Shown one piece after another: positions 1 to 9,858 of a stretch of DNA of 64,000 nucleotides. The notes under the pieces were generated by a model. That model was not told the origin of the DNA, searched no databases, and worked only from the letters and a program-made list of their open reading frames with translations. The position numbers and the translations under genes were made by a program. Position 1 is the first letter of the stretch. Each line of letters opens with the position of its first letter. The stretch lies in IMG/VR virus record IMGVR_UViG_3300008116_000002; one strand, written 5' to 3'. This stretch comes from a virus (Duplodnaviria > Caudoviricetes).

Positions 1-1
1 T

Positions 2-1666
2 AATTATCAAGATTTCTCTGCTGCGGTTATTCCTAACTCTTCGATATTGACAGAAATAGATGTTACTTATTATATTGGTAGAAAAGATAAAATTTATGTA
101 ACAAACAATTTACAAAACTTTGATTCTCCCTATAACAAATTTTACTTAGAAATAGGTAAGGAAACTGCAAATCCTACTGATCCTGCGGACACTTCGGATC
201 TATCTAAATTAAGTATTGCAACTTTAGAAATTCCTCCTTACGTTACAAATTCGTTTGACGTAAAAGTTACATACGAAGATAATAAACGTTTTACTATGCG
301 AGACATCGCACAGCTTGAAAACTTAACTATTAGTTTAGATAAAGCTGTAAAACTTCAAGCTATAGAAATTGCTATTTTAAAATCCACAACAACAAATGAT
401 GACGGTGAGGCATTATTAAAAACAGGTATTTTAGTTGAAGATTTTAAAGACTTTAATTCCGCAGATTTAGCTAGTGGTTATTTTTCTGTAGCAATTGACA
501 CAGATGAGGGAGAATGTTTCCCAAATTTTGGTGCATGGAATTTGGATTTAGGATTGCTTGAAGACACAGATATTTTTATGTTCAATGATATTATAACTAA
601 GAAATATACTGAGGAGTTATATGTATCTAATTTGGAAGCTAATAATGAAATTTTTGTAAATCCAGGCGGCGTCAATGACGGTAAAGGTAGAGCAGAAATT
701 TCTAAGAAAAATAGTTTTAGAGTAAACATATTATTGGCAGGTGGCCTATTAATAGGTGGATATATTGCATATAAAACTGCAGCGGCTCTTACAGCAAAAG
801 CAACATTTGGCGCAGCAGTTACTGGATATACAGATTATGCTTTAATTGCTGCATACCAAGGAGAATCTACGTTAAGTATTGCATGGGGAGCGGCTAAGGA
901 GTTAGGATACGCAGTTCTTGATGCATTTAAATCTATAGATGGAATAATGTCTGTGGTTTCTTGGCCATATAAAGCAGCCAAATTAGGAGTGGAGTGGGTA
1001 TACAATGCTTTCACCGGAGGTGCTTCTAGTGTGGTACCGGGCACATATGCCGCTGGCACAGAATTAGGAGCGTCATTGTTTGGTGATGCTGCCTGGGCAT
1101 CCGCAAAAACAGGGTTTGAATTAGTTGGTAATGCTTTGAGTAATATTTTTAATCAGCCTATAGGGGTTACCGCAACTGAAGTATATAATGGTTTAGGGTT
1201 TATATCTTCAGGTGCAGTATCAGCTACATGGGGAGCATTGTCAATTGGCGCAGATTTTGTTGCAGCAAAAACAGCAGGCGTGCCTATCATAGGTGCAGCA
1301 ACAAAAGCTATTGCAGCAGGTGTAGCTAAGGCAACTTCATATTTGTTAGGCGCTCCCGTGTTAGTACAAGTTGCAGCAGTTGCCGCAATAGTTTATGTTG
1401 GAGCAAAAGTAGTTTCTTGGGTTTGGAAAGGATTGAAGAAATTATTTTCGGATGTAAACATGAAAGAGAAAATTATATTTAAGAAAAAAATGCCGAATGG
1501 TTTAAATCTATACGAATTTGAATATAAGAAAGAGTTTAAATCCATTGCGGGGTATGGTAGATACGAAGGATACATTGCACAAGAAGTGGAAAAGAGATAT
1601 CCAAAAGCAGTACAAATTGAAAGTAATGGTTATAAATCTGTAAATTATTCTTTAATAGGAACATAG
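2..1666 (+). CDS. 5'-truncated VrlC/DUF4815-like baseplate structural protein (N-terminal half), ending in a long Ala/Gly-rich hydrophobic segment and a C-terminal Peptidase_S74-like intramolecular chaperone
   Basis: Frame is open from nt 2 (track start 47 is an internal TTG). GILVEDFKDF...AIDTDEGECFPNF resembles DUF4815 proteins. C-terminal FSDVNMK...NGLNLYEFEY...GYIAQEVEKRYPKAV...GYKSVNY is the S74 pattern. Confidence 0.6.
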   Translation, partial: NYQDFSAAVIPNSSILTEIDVTYYIGRKDKIYVTNNLQNFDSPYNKFYLEIGKETANPTDPADTSDLSKLSIATLEIPPYVTNSFDVKVTYEDNKRFTMRDIAQLENLTISLDKAVKLQAIEIAILKSTTTNDDGEALLKTGILVEDFKDFNSADLASGYFSVAIDTDEGECFPNFGAWNLDLGLLEDTDIFMFNDIITKKYTEELYVSNLEANNEIFVNPGGVNDGKGRAEISKKNSFRVNILLAGGLLIGGYIAYKTAAALTAKATFGAAVTGYTDYALIAAYQGESTLSIAWGAAKELGYAVLDAFKSIDGIMSVVSWPYKAAKLGVEWVYNAFTGGASSVVPGTYAAGTELGASLFGDAAWASAKTGFELVGNALSNIFNQPIGVTATEVYNGLGFISSGAVSATWGALSIGADFVAAKTAGVPIIGAATKAIAAGVAKATSYLLGAPVLVQVAAVAAIVYVGAKVVSWVWKGLKKLFSDVNMKEKIIFKKKMPNGLNLYEFEYKKEFKSIAGYGRYEGYIAQEVEKRYPKAVQIESNGYKSVNYSLIGT

Positions 1667-1667
1667 C

Positions 1668-3401
1668 ATGGCGACAGAATCTAGTTCTGCAGTAACATCT
1701 TCCAGGGACACGGACATACCAGTTTTTGCTGGTTCGGAAATACTGTCCTTCGTTGTTTCAGAAATGCCCCCAGGCATAAAAATTTATACTTATGTAAATG
1801 GTATTAATCTTACTCCCTTTACTGGACCTGTTACTACGGGGGCAACAATAGGACAAGAGATTGTGACTGATCAATTAGGTAGTGCGCAAGGATATCTTTA
1901 TATACCTAGCACAGAAGGTCAGTATAAATTTCTTGCAGGTGAGATTAGATTGACGTTTGGCGATAGTCCAGACGGAATTCAAAATTGTAAATATACTTCT
2001 GAAACTACCTTAATGAATCATGGTTTGAGTCTTGTTGATACAGAACAAGGTGGGACAATTTCTTTAAGAAGAACTGAGAAATTTAGAACTTCAGTTTCGG
2101 GAAGTTCTGGAGAAGAGGATACTTCTTTAAACAGATTAAATCCGTTGTCCCAAAGTTTTACTGTTGATGAGGTAAGATATCCGTTAGGCGTTGTTGTTAC
2201 GGGCGTAGGATTATTTGTCAGTCAAAAAGATGATAAATTACCGCTTGGGGTAGAATTGCGTCCTATGGATAAAGGTGCGCCATCTACAACAGAGTATTTT
2301 TCCGGAACATCTGTATTTTTACCTCCCTCCAGTATACCAGAACCTCCTGAACCTGGAAAAAATATTACTCCTACAGATTTTACATTTAGACATCCAATCT
2401 ATCTAAAACCAGGGGAATATGCGTTTTCAGTTTTAACGAAGTCTAATAAGTACAAGTTATATAGTGCAACAACTGCAGATGGAAAGAAAGTAAAAAATCC
2501 TTTCGCTGGAAAATTATTTAAGGCGCAAAATACTGGAGGATGGGTTGGCGATGTCAATGAGGATTTAACTTTTTATCTAAGAAAAGCTAAATTTGATACA
2601 GGCACTATAACTTTTGAAATGATTACGCCTGACCTTGCAGAAATTGATTATAACAGGTTGCGTTTATTAAGTACAGAAGTTGGTTTAGGTGATACTGCAT
2701 ATGCAAGTTATAAATTACAAACTACTGAAGATAGTGCCACAAGAGATAAGACAGAGTTTCAACCAATTGTTCCGGGGGATACTGTAGATTTAACAGGCAG
2801 ACAAAGTGTAAAAAATGTAGGCGATATTAAACTTCAAATATCACTAACTACAAAAAGCGAAGATGTTTCCCCAATTTTAGATAGACAATTATTAAAAGCA
2901 CAAATATTTAGAAATAATATTACGGCTTATTCTAGTGACGTATCTGCCTCTGAATTAAAAGCTGGGCATGGATCTGCAAGATCAAGATATATTAGCAAAG
3001 TAGTGTCTTTAGCAGAAGGATTCGATTCTACGGGGTTAGAAGTTAGATTAGATGTTAATAGAAAAATTGGTACGGATATAGAAGTTTTTGGTAGAGTTTT
3101 ATCCAGAAAAGACAAAGCATTTGATACAGGTATTTTATCTAGACCATGGGTTCTTATGCCGTTAGTTTCTCCATCGTCAAAATCCTTTGCGGGAACTGAC
3201 GACGATTCTTTTACGCAAGAAATTTATAGACTTCTTGAACCCTCTTTAGAATATACTGTAAATAAAACTATAGCTACTGGAGTAATTGAGCCTGAGGATC
3301 ACGATGATTTTGCCCACTATCAAATAAAGATAATTTTTTATGCAAGTAATCCAGTATATTTACCAAAGATAAGAAAACTGGTAGCAACTTCTTTACTATA
3401 A
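1668..3401 (+). CDS. VrlC/DUF4815-like baseplate structural protein, C-terminal half
   Basis: PLSQSFTV...VTGVGLFVSQKDDKLPLGVELRPM, FRHPIYLKPGEYAF, W...NEDLTFYLRKAKF and IKIIFYASNPVYLPKIRKL match the C-terminal region of the giant T4-like myovirus VrlC-type proteins. Confidence 0.6.
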   Translation: MATESSSAVTSSRDTDIPVFAGSEILSFVVSEMPPGIKIYTYVNGINLTPFTGPVTTGATIGQEIVTDQLGSAQGYLYIPSTEGQYKFLAGEIRLTFGDSPDGIQNCKYTSETTLMNHGLSLVDTEQGGTISLRRTEKFRTSVSGSSGEEDTSLNRLNPLSQSFTVDEVRYPLGVVVTGVGLFVSQKDDKLPLGVELRPMDKGAPSTTEYFSGTSVFLPPSSIPEPPEPGKNITPTDFTFRHPIYLKPGEYAFSVLTKSNKYKLYSATTADGKKVKNPFAGKLFKAQNTGGWVGDVNEDLTFYLRKAKFDTGTITFEMITPDLAEIDYNRLRLLSTEVGLGDTAYASYKLQTTEDSATRDKTEFQPIVPGDTVDLTGRQSVKNVGDIKLQISLTTKSEDVSPILDRQLLKAQIFRNNITAYSSDVSASELKAGHGSARSRYISKVVSLAEGFDSTGLEVRLDVNRKIGTDIEVFGRVLSRKDKAFDTGILSRPWVLMPLVSPSSKSFAGTDDDSFTQEIYRLLEPSLEYTVNKTIATGVIEPEDHDDFAHYQIKIIFYASNPVYLPKIRKLVATSLL

Positions 3402-3402
3402 T

Positions 3403-3609
3403 ATGTCAGATAGATTTTTACAAATTGAAGATAATCCTGATTATATAAAGGATACTGAAAACAATGCCATTTTAAATACGAATATACATGCAGTTCATGA
3501 GTATAAACAAAAGAAAAAACAAACGGCAACTATTCGAAGAATGGAACAAGAAATAAATACATTGAAAGAAGAGTTATCTAAAATTAAAAATCATTTAAAT
3601 TTAAGTTAA
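3403..3609 (+). CDS. small conserved coiled-coil protein typically following VrlC-like genes
   Basis: 68 aa, YIKDTENNAILNTN followed by a coiled-coil C-terminus; tight spacing with neighbours. Confidence 0.55.
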   Translation: MSDRFLQIEDNPDYIKDTENNAILNTNIHAVHEYKQKKKQTATIRRMEQEINTLKEELSKIKNHLNLS

Positions 3610-3613
3610 AATC

Positions 3614-5233
3614 ATGCCATCACAAAGAAATTTTTCAAACGTAAATGTAGGTACCTCTCCTAATAGCGGAGATGGAGATCTTTTACGAGATGCATTTACA
3701 AAGGTAAATGAAAACTTTTATTCTTTGTATTCCGGAGGGCAATTTTTAGGGTTTCCTACAGATGGTAGACTTACTCCAGGATATACTTGGGCAAATGATA
3801 AAGATACAGGTATGTATCGTTTAGGTCCAGGTAGAATTGGATTTACTCTAAACGGGTCGGACTCTTTAAATTTAAATGAGGATGGTACTATTACATGGTT
3901 TAGCGCCCCCTTAGCTACGCAAGGATATGTTAATTCTCAGTTAACAAATTTTACCGGCGGAGTTAGTGCAGCTAATATCACAGTTGTTGTGGGTACAACC
4001 TCAGCGAATGTTACTGTAAATGGCGTTCCAGTGGTTTCTTCGTTACCCACTTTAGGCAACCACGAAGGTCGAATAGTATTTTTTAATGGTGATGTTTGGA
4101 TATTTACTGGTTATCCTACCGGCAATGGTGGAGGATTACCGGCAAACCCGGGAATCGCTAGATTGGCAGGATCGGATTATAGATGGGTGAGATTCAGAGG
4201 TGACAATGCGATTCCAATTGGTACAGTTAAACCAGAAACTGCGCCCGAGGGAACTATCTTTTATGAAACCGGCAATGCCAAACCATACCTATTTTTATCA
4301 GGTTCATGGAGAACTTTATCCAGCGTAATAACATCAAGTGCACCCTCTGGTTTAGAAGTGTTAGTTTCTTTACCGGCAACAGGTAGTCCAGATAATTATT
4401 CAGGAAGAACGGTTGTTGTTGGAAGCATTGCTTATATCTTCATAAGCGGTCAATGGAGAACTTTAAGTAGTTACGTATCAGGCGCGGGTGGTTCGGGTGG
4501 TATTAGTTTTGGAACTTCTTTACCTGCTACAGCAAACGTTGGAGAATTGTTTAGAGTAACGGCAGGTTCTGCGACACTTCCGGGATTATACATTTATGAT
4601 ACAACTTGGAAATCTATTCCTCAATATACCGCAAATACAGTAATTGCTAGAATTCCGACTCTTGCAGCTTTGCCAACAGATACAACTTATTATAATCCCG
4701 GCGATTTAGTTATTGTTGGTTCAGCAACATATATTTTAAATACGACAAAAACTTCTTGGGATTTCTTTACACCTAATAGCGGTTCGGGCACTATTACTGG
4801 CATTGCGCTAAACCCAAATCAAGTAGGTACTACAGAATTAGCTGCAAATGCAGTGACTGCCGCGAAGATTGCATCAAATACAATTATTAGTTCAAAACTA
4901 GTAAGTAATACTTTAACCACAAGAGAGTTTGCGGATAATTCCGTCACATCTGCAAAATTGGCAGCAAACTCTATAACAACAAGCAAAATTCAAGATAATT
5001 CTATTACTGGTGAAAAGATTGCCGCTAACACTATTAATGGTGCTAAAATAGTTTCTGGAACTATTGGTAGATCTCAGTTAGCACCAAATGTATTCACAGG
5101 TGTAACCGTTAGCGCAAATAATCTAGCTGAAATTTCGTTAAACTTAGGAACTATAACGTCGGGAGTTTTAAGATCATCAGATAATAGATTTGTAATAGAT
5201 TTGAATAATAAATCAATTAGAATAGAATTGTAA
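3614..5233 (+). CDS. tail fibre / baseplate-attached fibre protein
   Basis: N-terminal VGTSPNSGDGDLLRDAFTKVNENF is the gp9/gp10-type baseplate attachment motif; decapeptide repeats (NAVTAAKIAS, NSVTSAKLAA, NSITTSKIQD...) near the C-terminus. Confidence 0.7.
   Translation: MPSQRNFSNVNVGTSPNSGDGDLLRDAFTKVNENFYSLYSGGQFLGFPTDGRLTPGYTWANDKDTGMYRLGPGRIGFTLNGSDSLNLNEDGTITWFSAPLATQGYVNSQLTNFTGGVSAANITVVVGTTSANVTVNGVPVVSSLPTLGNHEGRIVFFNGDVWIFTGYPTGNGGGLPANPGIARLAGSDYRWVRFRGDNAIPIGTVKPETAPEGTIFYETGNAKPYLFLSGSWRTLSSVITSSAPSGLEVLVSLPATGSPDNYSGRTVVVGSIAYIFISGQWRTLSSYVSGAGGSGGISFGTSLPATANVGELFRVTAGSATLPGLYIYDTTWKSIPQYTANTVIARIPTLAALPTDTTYYNPGDLVIVGSATYILNTTKTSWDFFTPNSGSGTITGIALNPNQVGTTELAANAVTAAKIASNTIISSKLVSNTLTTREFADNSVTSAKLAANSITTSKIQDNSITGEKIAANTINGAKIVSGTIGRSQLAPNVFTGVTVSANNLAEISLNLGTITSGVLRSSDNRFVIDLNNKSIRIEL
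4817..5086 (+). repeat. about 9 tandem decapeptide repeats in the fibre protein (N-x-I/V-T-x-x-K-I/L-x-x)
   Basis: NQVGTTELAA/NAVTAAKIAS/NTIISSKLVS/NTLTTREFAD/NSVTSAKLAA/NSITTSKIQD/NSITGEKIAA/NTINGAKIVS/GTIGRSQLAP. Confidence 0.8.
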
Positions 5234-5234
5234 A

Positions 5235-5882
5235 ATGTTAGGTCATAATGTTTCTGATGAATTATTACAATTATTAGAAGTTGAGAAAAGATTAGAATTG
5301 ACTCAACGAGAGGGAAAACTTTTTAAAAGAGCAAATGATGAAAATACTGTAGCAGTATTATTGAAAAAAGATAATTCCGAAATATCTAAATTGACTTTAG
5401 AAGAAAGATCAGAAATGAATCACTCTAAAGTCATTTTCGTAACTATAGGGTCATCTAAAAACTTTTCAGAAGTTTTTATACCTAATAGATATTTTGAAGA
5501 TTTTAGTTATGAGGGAAGACCTTTTATACATGGGATGTTTGATTGTTACACGTTAGTCAGAGATTATTATAAAAGAAAATTTAATATCTTTTTACCAACT
5601 AATATACAAAGAGATTGGGAGTGGTGGAATAAAGGAGAGAATCTTTATTTAGAAAATGCTAAAAATTGTTTATTCGAGGAAGTAGAAGATATTAAAAAGC
5701 ATGATGTCTTACTTATGAAAATTAATAGTCCAGTACCAAATCATGCTGCAATTTATTTAGGGGAAGGAAAAATACTGCATCATATGGCTGGTAGATTTTC
5801 CACAATACAGAATTTAACTTTTTCCTACAAACAAAAAATTTCAATAATTTATAGAAATAATTTATTAAAAAATGTCAACTAA
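5235..5882 (+). CDS. NlpC/P60-domain protein, lambda gpK (tail assembly protein K)-like
   Basis: RPFIHGMFDCYTLVRDYY (catalytic Cys) and PNHAAIYLGEGKILHH (His residues). Confidence 0.8.
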   Translation: MLGHNVSDELLQLLEVEKRLELTQREGKLFKRANDENTVAVLLKKDNSEISKLTLEERSEMNHSKVIFVTIGSSKNFSEVFIPNRYFEDFSYEGRPFIHGMFDCYTLVRDYYKRKFNIFLPTNIQRDWEWWNKGENLYLENAKNCLFEEVEDIKKHDVLLMKINSPVPNHAAIYLGEGKILHHMAGRFSTIQNLTFSYKQKISIIYRNNLLKNVN

Positions 5883-6402
5883 TGTTTTATGGGCGGGTAC
5901 CGTATCTGGTAGAAAAATAGTTTCTATCTTTAATAATCCGGACGGACAAACCGGAAGTAATGTTCCTTTGAATAATCCTTTACCAAATTTAAATAGAATT
6001 TATTTTGATTCTAGATTTGAATATCTTAGTATAACTTCAAAAACAGAATTTATTCAAGCATATCCATCTATAGATGTAAATACTGATCCAAATAATAACA
6101 AAGGCAAAGAGGCTTCAGAATACCCAAAACAGGGAACCAATACTTACACTATATTTAGACATAATTTGGGATATCCTCCTGCCGTTGTAGTAATAGATTA
6201 CGATACGAGGGAATTAATAGGATCCAATATGTTTGTTCAAAATTTAGATAATAACTCTTATAGAACAGCGACTCTTATGGTAGATACTACAAACGTATAT
6301 TTGAAAGAAAAATATTTCGTACGAAGAGTAGGATTGCCCGCAATAACTAGAAGATATACTTTACTAATTTTTGAAAATACTGCACAGGTAACTTTAGTAT
6401 AA
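5872..6402 (+). CDS. hypothetical tail-associated protein
   Basis: 176 aa beta-rich ORF overlapping its neighbour in the tail module; HNLGYPP motif seen in fibre-tip proteins. Confidence 0.5.
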   Translation: MSTNVLWAGTVSGRKIVSIFNNPDGQTGSNVPLNNPLPNLNRIYFDSRFEYLSITSKTEFIQAYPSIDVNTDPNNNKGKEASEYPKQGTNTYTIFRHNLGYPPAVVVIDYDTRELIGSNMFVQNLDNNSYRTATLMVDTTNVYLKEKYFVRRVGLPAITRRYTLLIFENTAQVTLV

Positions 6403-6404
6403 TC

Positions 6405-7577
6405 ATGTCTAAATACTTAATTAATTTAACCGCAAATTTAGTCACTTTAGGTAATGTATTCACCACGGAAAGAAGTTATTTGTATAAAAATCCTGAACAA
6501 TATTACGCAGGATCATCTTTTGCATTCACTAAAACGTTGTATGTACCCGAACTTAGAGTATTTCAGGAAACGTTAGAAGGATTATCTATAACAAATTTTA
6601 CGCAAATTCCTTTGCGGGAAAGTTTACCTCCAGATATACCGTTTTCTGGACCTTTTTTGCAAAACTATTCTGCAGATGGCACTCTAAATACTTCATCATT
6701 CATTAACTTATTATTAATTGATAAGCCACCTCTTAGAACAGGATTTTTCGATTTTTATGTTAATGGATATATATTCTCAGGGCTTATAACTAAACTTACG
6801 CAGTATAAACATTATAATTGGCAACAGGATGGTTCTAAATATAGTTATATAGAGCAACCAGTACCATTAGGATATGGTATACAAATAAGTTCTAACCAAT
6901 TATATACTGCAGAACTAGAATCCGACGGAAGTTATTCTTTGTTCCCCACCCCCTTATTTTTATTTTTATCGAGTTTAACTGGAAATGAAGAAATACTTTC
7001 ATCTGCTTCTAACTTAGATCCAAACACATATACTAATAATATACCCGGGTTACCTGAAGGCACTACTTTAGATTCTTTTCCTATAAGTAATACTATAGGT
7101 TCCTTACCGATAAGTTTATTCTATATTTCTGAGGCAGATGCTTTAAGATATATTGCATCATATCCAAATCTAATAGAAAGTGTCGGAAATAGTCCTACTG
7201 TAGGACAACAACTTTATGCGTCTGCTACAAGTAACAAAGAAATAACGTTCGATCCAATTTCATATCTGAACAAATATTCTGACGTTAGGCAATTATATGG
7301 ATATGATACTTATGGTGCGACTGTACATTATATAACGATAGGGTATTATCAGGGAAGAACAATAGATAATGCTAGCTCAGAAAATACTTTAACTGGCGGT
7401 TTATATGATGAGCGAAATAGTGCTATTGATTTAACTAATAATTTAATAATTTGGCCTGAGGGTGAGACAATAGTTCCCTTGGGAGCCGGATTATCATACA
7501 AATATAATACGAGAACATATTTTTTAAATACCTCAGTTGAATTAGAAGGTAATTTAAAATATTTGGGAGTTCATTGA
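6405..7577 (+). CDS. hypothetical tail-associated protein with two YIASYxDL-type repeats
   Basis: 390 aa ORF; DALRYIASYPNLIESVG and FDPISYLNKYSDVRQLYG...HYITIGYYQGR. Confidence 0.5.
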   Translation: MSKYLINLTANLVTLGNVFTTERSYLYKNPEQYYAGSSFAFTKTLYVPELRVFQETLEGLSITNFTQIPLRESLPPDIPFSGPFLQNYSADGTLNTSSFINLLLIDKPPLRTGFFDFYVNGYIFSGLITKLTQYKHYNWQQDGSKYSYIEQPVPLGYGIQISSNQLYTAELESDGSYSLFPTPLFLFLSSLTGNEEILSSASNLDPNTYTNNIPGLPEGTTLDSFPISNTIGSLPISLFYISEADALRYIASYPNLIESVGNSPTVGQQLYASATSNKEITFDPISYLNKYSDVRQLYGYDTYGATVHYITIGYYQGRTIDNASSENTLTGGLYDERNSAIDLTNNLIIWPEGETIVPLGAGLSYKYNTRTYFLNTSVELEGNLKYLGVH

Positions 7578-8059
7578 TGAGTATTATTATAGAGAAAGAT
7601 AATTTTTTGATAACCGATGGTTTAGGTAAAACTAAATTTTCTTTAGATAGAAGAATTCCTCACATTATTTACAATTTACCTGGACTTAATACAATACCTA
7701 GAATTACAGAAGCAGACCCAACCGCATCTAATATTGAAAGAACTGATGAGATAATTCTTATCAATAATACGTTAATAAATACTGATGATTATTTTATTCT
7801 TCCATTTATATCTATAAATGGGGGATACGCAGATTCGGGCGATGCCGTAATTAATGCGACAGGATCAACTGTACTTAGAATCATAAAGCAGCCAAGTTCT
7901 GGAGAATTTTTAGGTTCTAGTATTTTAACTTTTAAAGTAGAACCTGAAACTTTAAAAATTGTATGTAAACATAGTTTCGAAAGAAAAGGATATACCAATA
8001 TAGAAGGGGATGACCCGATTGTTATATCCTACAGAGTATACTACGGGAGATTTTCATGA
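7574..8059 (+). CDS. hypothetical tail-associated protein
   Basis: 161 aa, overlapping start/stop with both neighbours. Confidence 0.5.
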   Translation: MMSIIIEKDNFLITDGLGKTKFSLDRRIPHIIYNLPGLNTIPRITEADPTASNIERTDEIILINNTLINTDDYFILPFISINGGYADSGDAVINATGSTVLRIIKQPSSGEFLGSSILTFKVEPETLKIVCKHSFERKGYTNIEGDDPIVISYRVYYGRFS

Positions 8060-8274
8060 CACTACAAGTGACGAATTTATCAGTTAACTATTTAGAAGAC
8101 TTTACTAAGATTACCTTAGAAGTTTATACGATGCAAGGTACCGTAGAAAAATTAAAAGATAAATTAATTCTAACACTGCCCGGTAAATATAATTCTATTA
8201 ACGATACTTTAATGGAAGAAGTCGAAAAAGAATTAGTAAAAAACGGATTTAATTACACACCTTTGGTAAACTAA
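8056..8274 (+). CDS. hypothetical protein (possible fibre assembly chaperone)
   Basis: 72 aa, ATGA overlap with the upstream gene, immediately before the tailspike. Confidence 0.45.
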   Translation: MTLQVTNLSVNYLEDFTKITLEVYTMQGTVEKLKDKLILTLPGKYNSINDTLMEEVEKELVKNGFNYTPLVN

Positions 8275-8276
8275 AA

Positions 8277-9848
8277 ATGGTTACACAAGTTAACAGCCTT
8301 GCCTCTCAACTAGCCTTTGTAGATAAAATACGAGGTAGAAGAAGATCTATAACTGAAACTATAAGATTAGTAAATTCTATTGCAGCAAACACTGCATACG
8401 TAGAACAATTTGGAGCAATCGGTAATGGCACCACAGATGATTCTGCTGCATTTCAATCAGCGATTGATAGTCTTGGTACTACCGGCGGAAAGATAATTTT
8501 ATCTAATGATAGGGTTTATCGTATAGCATCAAATATAACGATCAAACCAAGTTGCCATCTTGAAGGGCAACAAAATATGATTGGTAGTAATGGTTATAAT
8601 TATTTTACCAATTATAATGCAATAGGTGGTTCTATTCGCTTAGATTCTAGAGCAACTATTAATATGAGATCTGGCTCTAGTATAAGCAAGATGTTGATTA
8701 GGCAAAGTAATTTAAATTATCTAAGTCCTACTTCTTTTGCCGGAACAGCTATTACTATATCAGGATCCATAACTAATCTTGGTAATACTGCAATAGCCGC
8801 GGATGATACCAGTGTCAGCGATGTTATGATACTAGGATTTAATCAGGCGATTTTTGCGAATAACTCTCAGCGTTTGCGAGTTACCCAATGTAATATTGAT
8901 TCTAATAACGGTATCCTAGTTAATTCCGCATATGATGTGCCTGTTATTAATCGTGTACATTGCTGGCCTTTTGCAACTATAGCAGCAGTAGCCAGAGGGT
9001 GGGCACCGAATCCTGGTGGTAACGCATTGACCAGAGTTGGTACTGCGTACAAGTTTCAGAATACTGTAGATTGGGGTAAAATTACTGATAGTTTTTCGTA
9101 CGGATATCAACGAGGATTTTGGGTAGATAGTAGTAATAGTTGCGAACTTACAGGTTGCGGCGCCGATAATGTACCCGAAGCCGGAGCTGGAGGTACAGGC
9201 CAAAGTGGAGATATTGGATTCTTAGTTACAGGCGGTAGTACAGATACATTATTAACTAATTGCCAATCTGCAAGTAATGAAAAAGGGTTTTATATTAACA
9301 CGTTGAACAATCTACCCACTCAACTTACTAATTGCGTAGGTTGGTATAATAGAGACCATGGAGTACTAGTAGAAGGTGGCGATGTCACAGTACTTGGGGG
9401 AATTTATAGAAATAGTCAGTATGGAATTAAGGTTGATAGTGCTTCTAGTAATATAAATCTGCAGACAATTAGATTTAGCGATATTAGTACGAAACCTGTA
9501 TTTAGTGCGGGGCCTTCCATAATTATGGAAGGAATTCATTTTGAAAATTGGACCAACAGTTCTCCTGCAATTTTCCCAACATCTAATATCACTGTTCCTG
9601 TTAGCAATGTACTAACTATTCCGAATGAGGGCAAATTCTTTAACGTAACCAGTGCTAGCGGTTTGGGTAACGTACAATATGGATGGCCGGGTAGAACTGT
9701 AACTTTTAAATTTAATTCCAATATTATAGTGTTACAATCAACGGGCGATGCCGGAGGAATTAATTTGAAATCCACTGCAAATACTATGGTATTAACTAAC
9801 GGCACCTTAACGATAGTTAGTGACGGTACTTCTTGGTATGAAACCTAA
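8277..9848 (+). CDS. tailspike / right-handed beta-helix depolymerase (pectate-lyase-3-like)
   Basis: VEQFGAIGNGTTDDSAAFQSAID N-terminal motif followed by Gly/Asn-rich beta-helix repeats. Confidence 0.8.
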   Translation: MVTQVNSLASQLAFVDKIRGRRRSITETIRLVNSIAANTAYVEQFGAIGNGTTDDSAAFQSAIDSLGTTGGKIILSNDRVYRIASNITIKPSCHLEGQQNMIGSNGYNYFTNYNAIGGSIRLDSRATINMRSGSSISKMLIRQSNLNYLSPTSFAGTAITISGSITNLGNTAIAADDTSVSDVMILGFNQAIFANNSQRLRVTQCNIDSNNGILVNSAYDVPVINRVHCWPFATIAAVARGWAPNPGGNALTRVGTAYKFQNTVDWGKITDSFSYGYQRGFWVDSSNSCELTGCGADNVPEAGAGGTGQSGDIGFLVTGGSTDTLLTNCQSASNEKGFYINTLNNLPTQLTNCVGWYNRDHGVLVEGGDVTVLGGIYRNSQYGIKVDSASSNINLQTIRFSDISTKPVFSAGPSIIMEGIHFENWTNSSPAIFPTSNITVPVSNVLTIPNEGKFFNVTSASGLGNVQYGWPGRTVTFKFNSNIIVLQSTGDAGGINLKSTANTMVLTNGTLTIVSDGTSWYET

Positions 9849-9858
9849 GGTAAGATAA

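Noticed and set aside
4817-5086. Decapeptide repeats in the fibre as a novel element
   Set aside because: Real, but a common phage fibre shaft repeat; listed as a feature only
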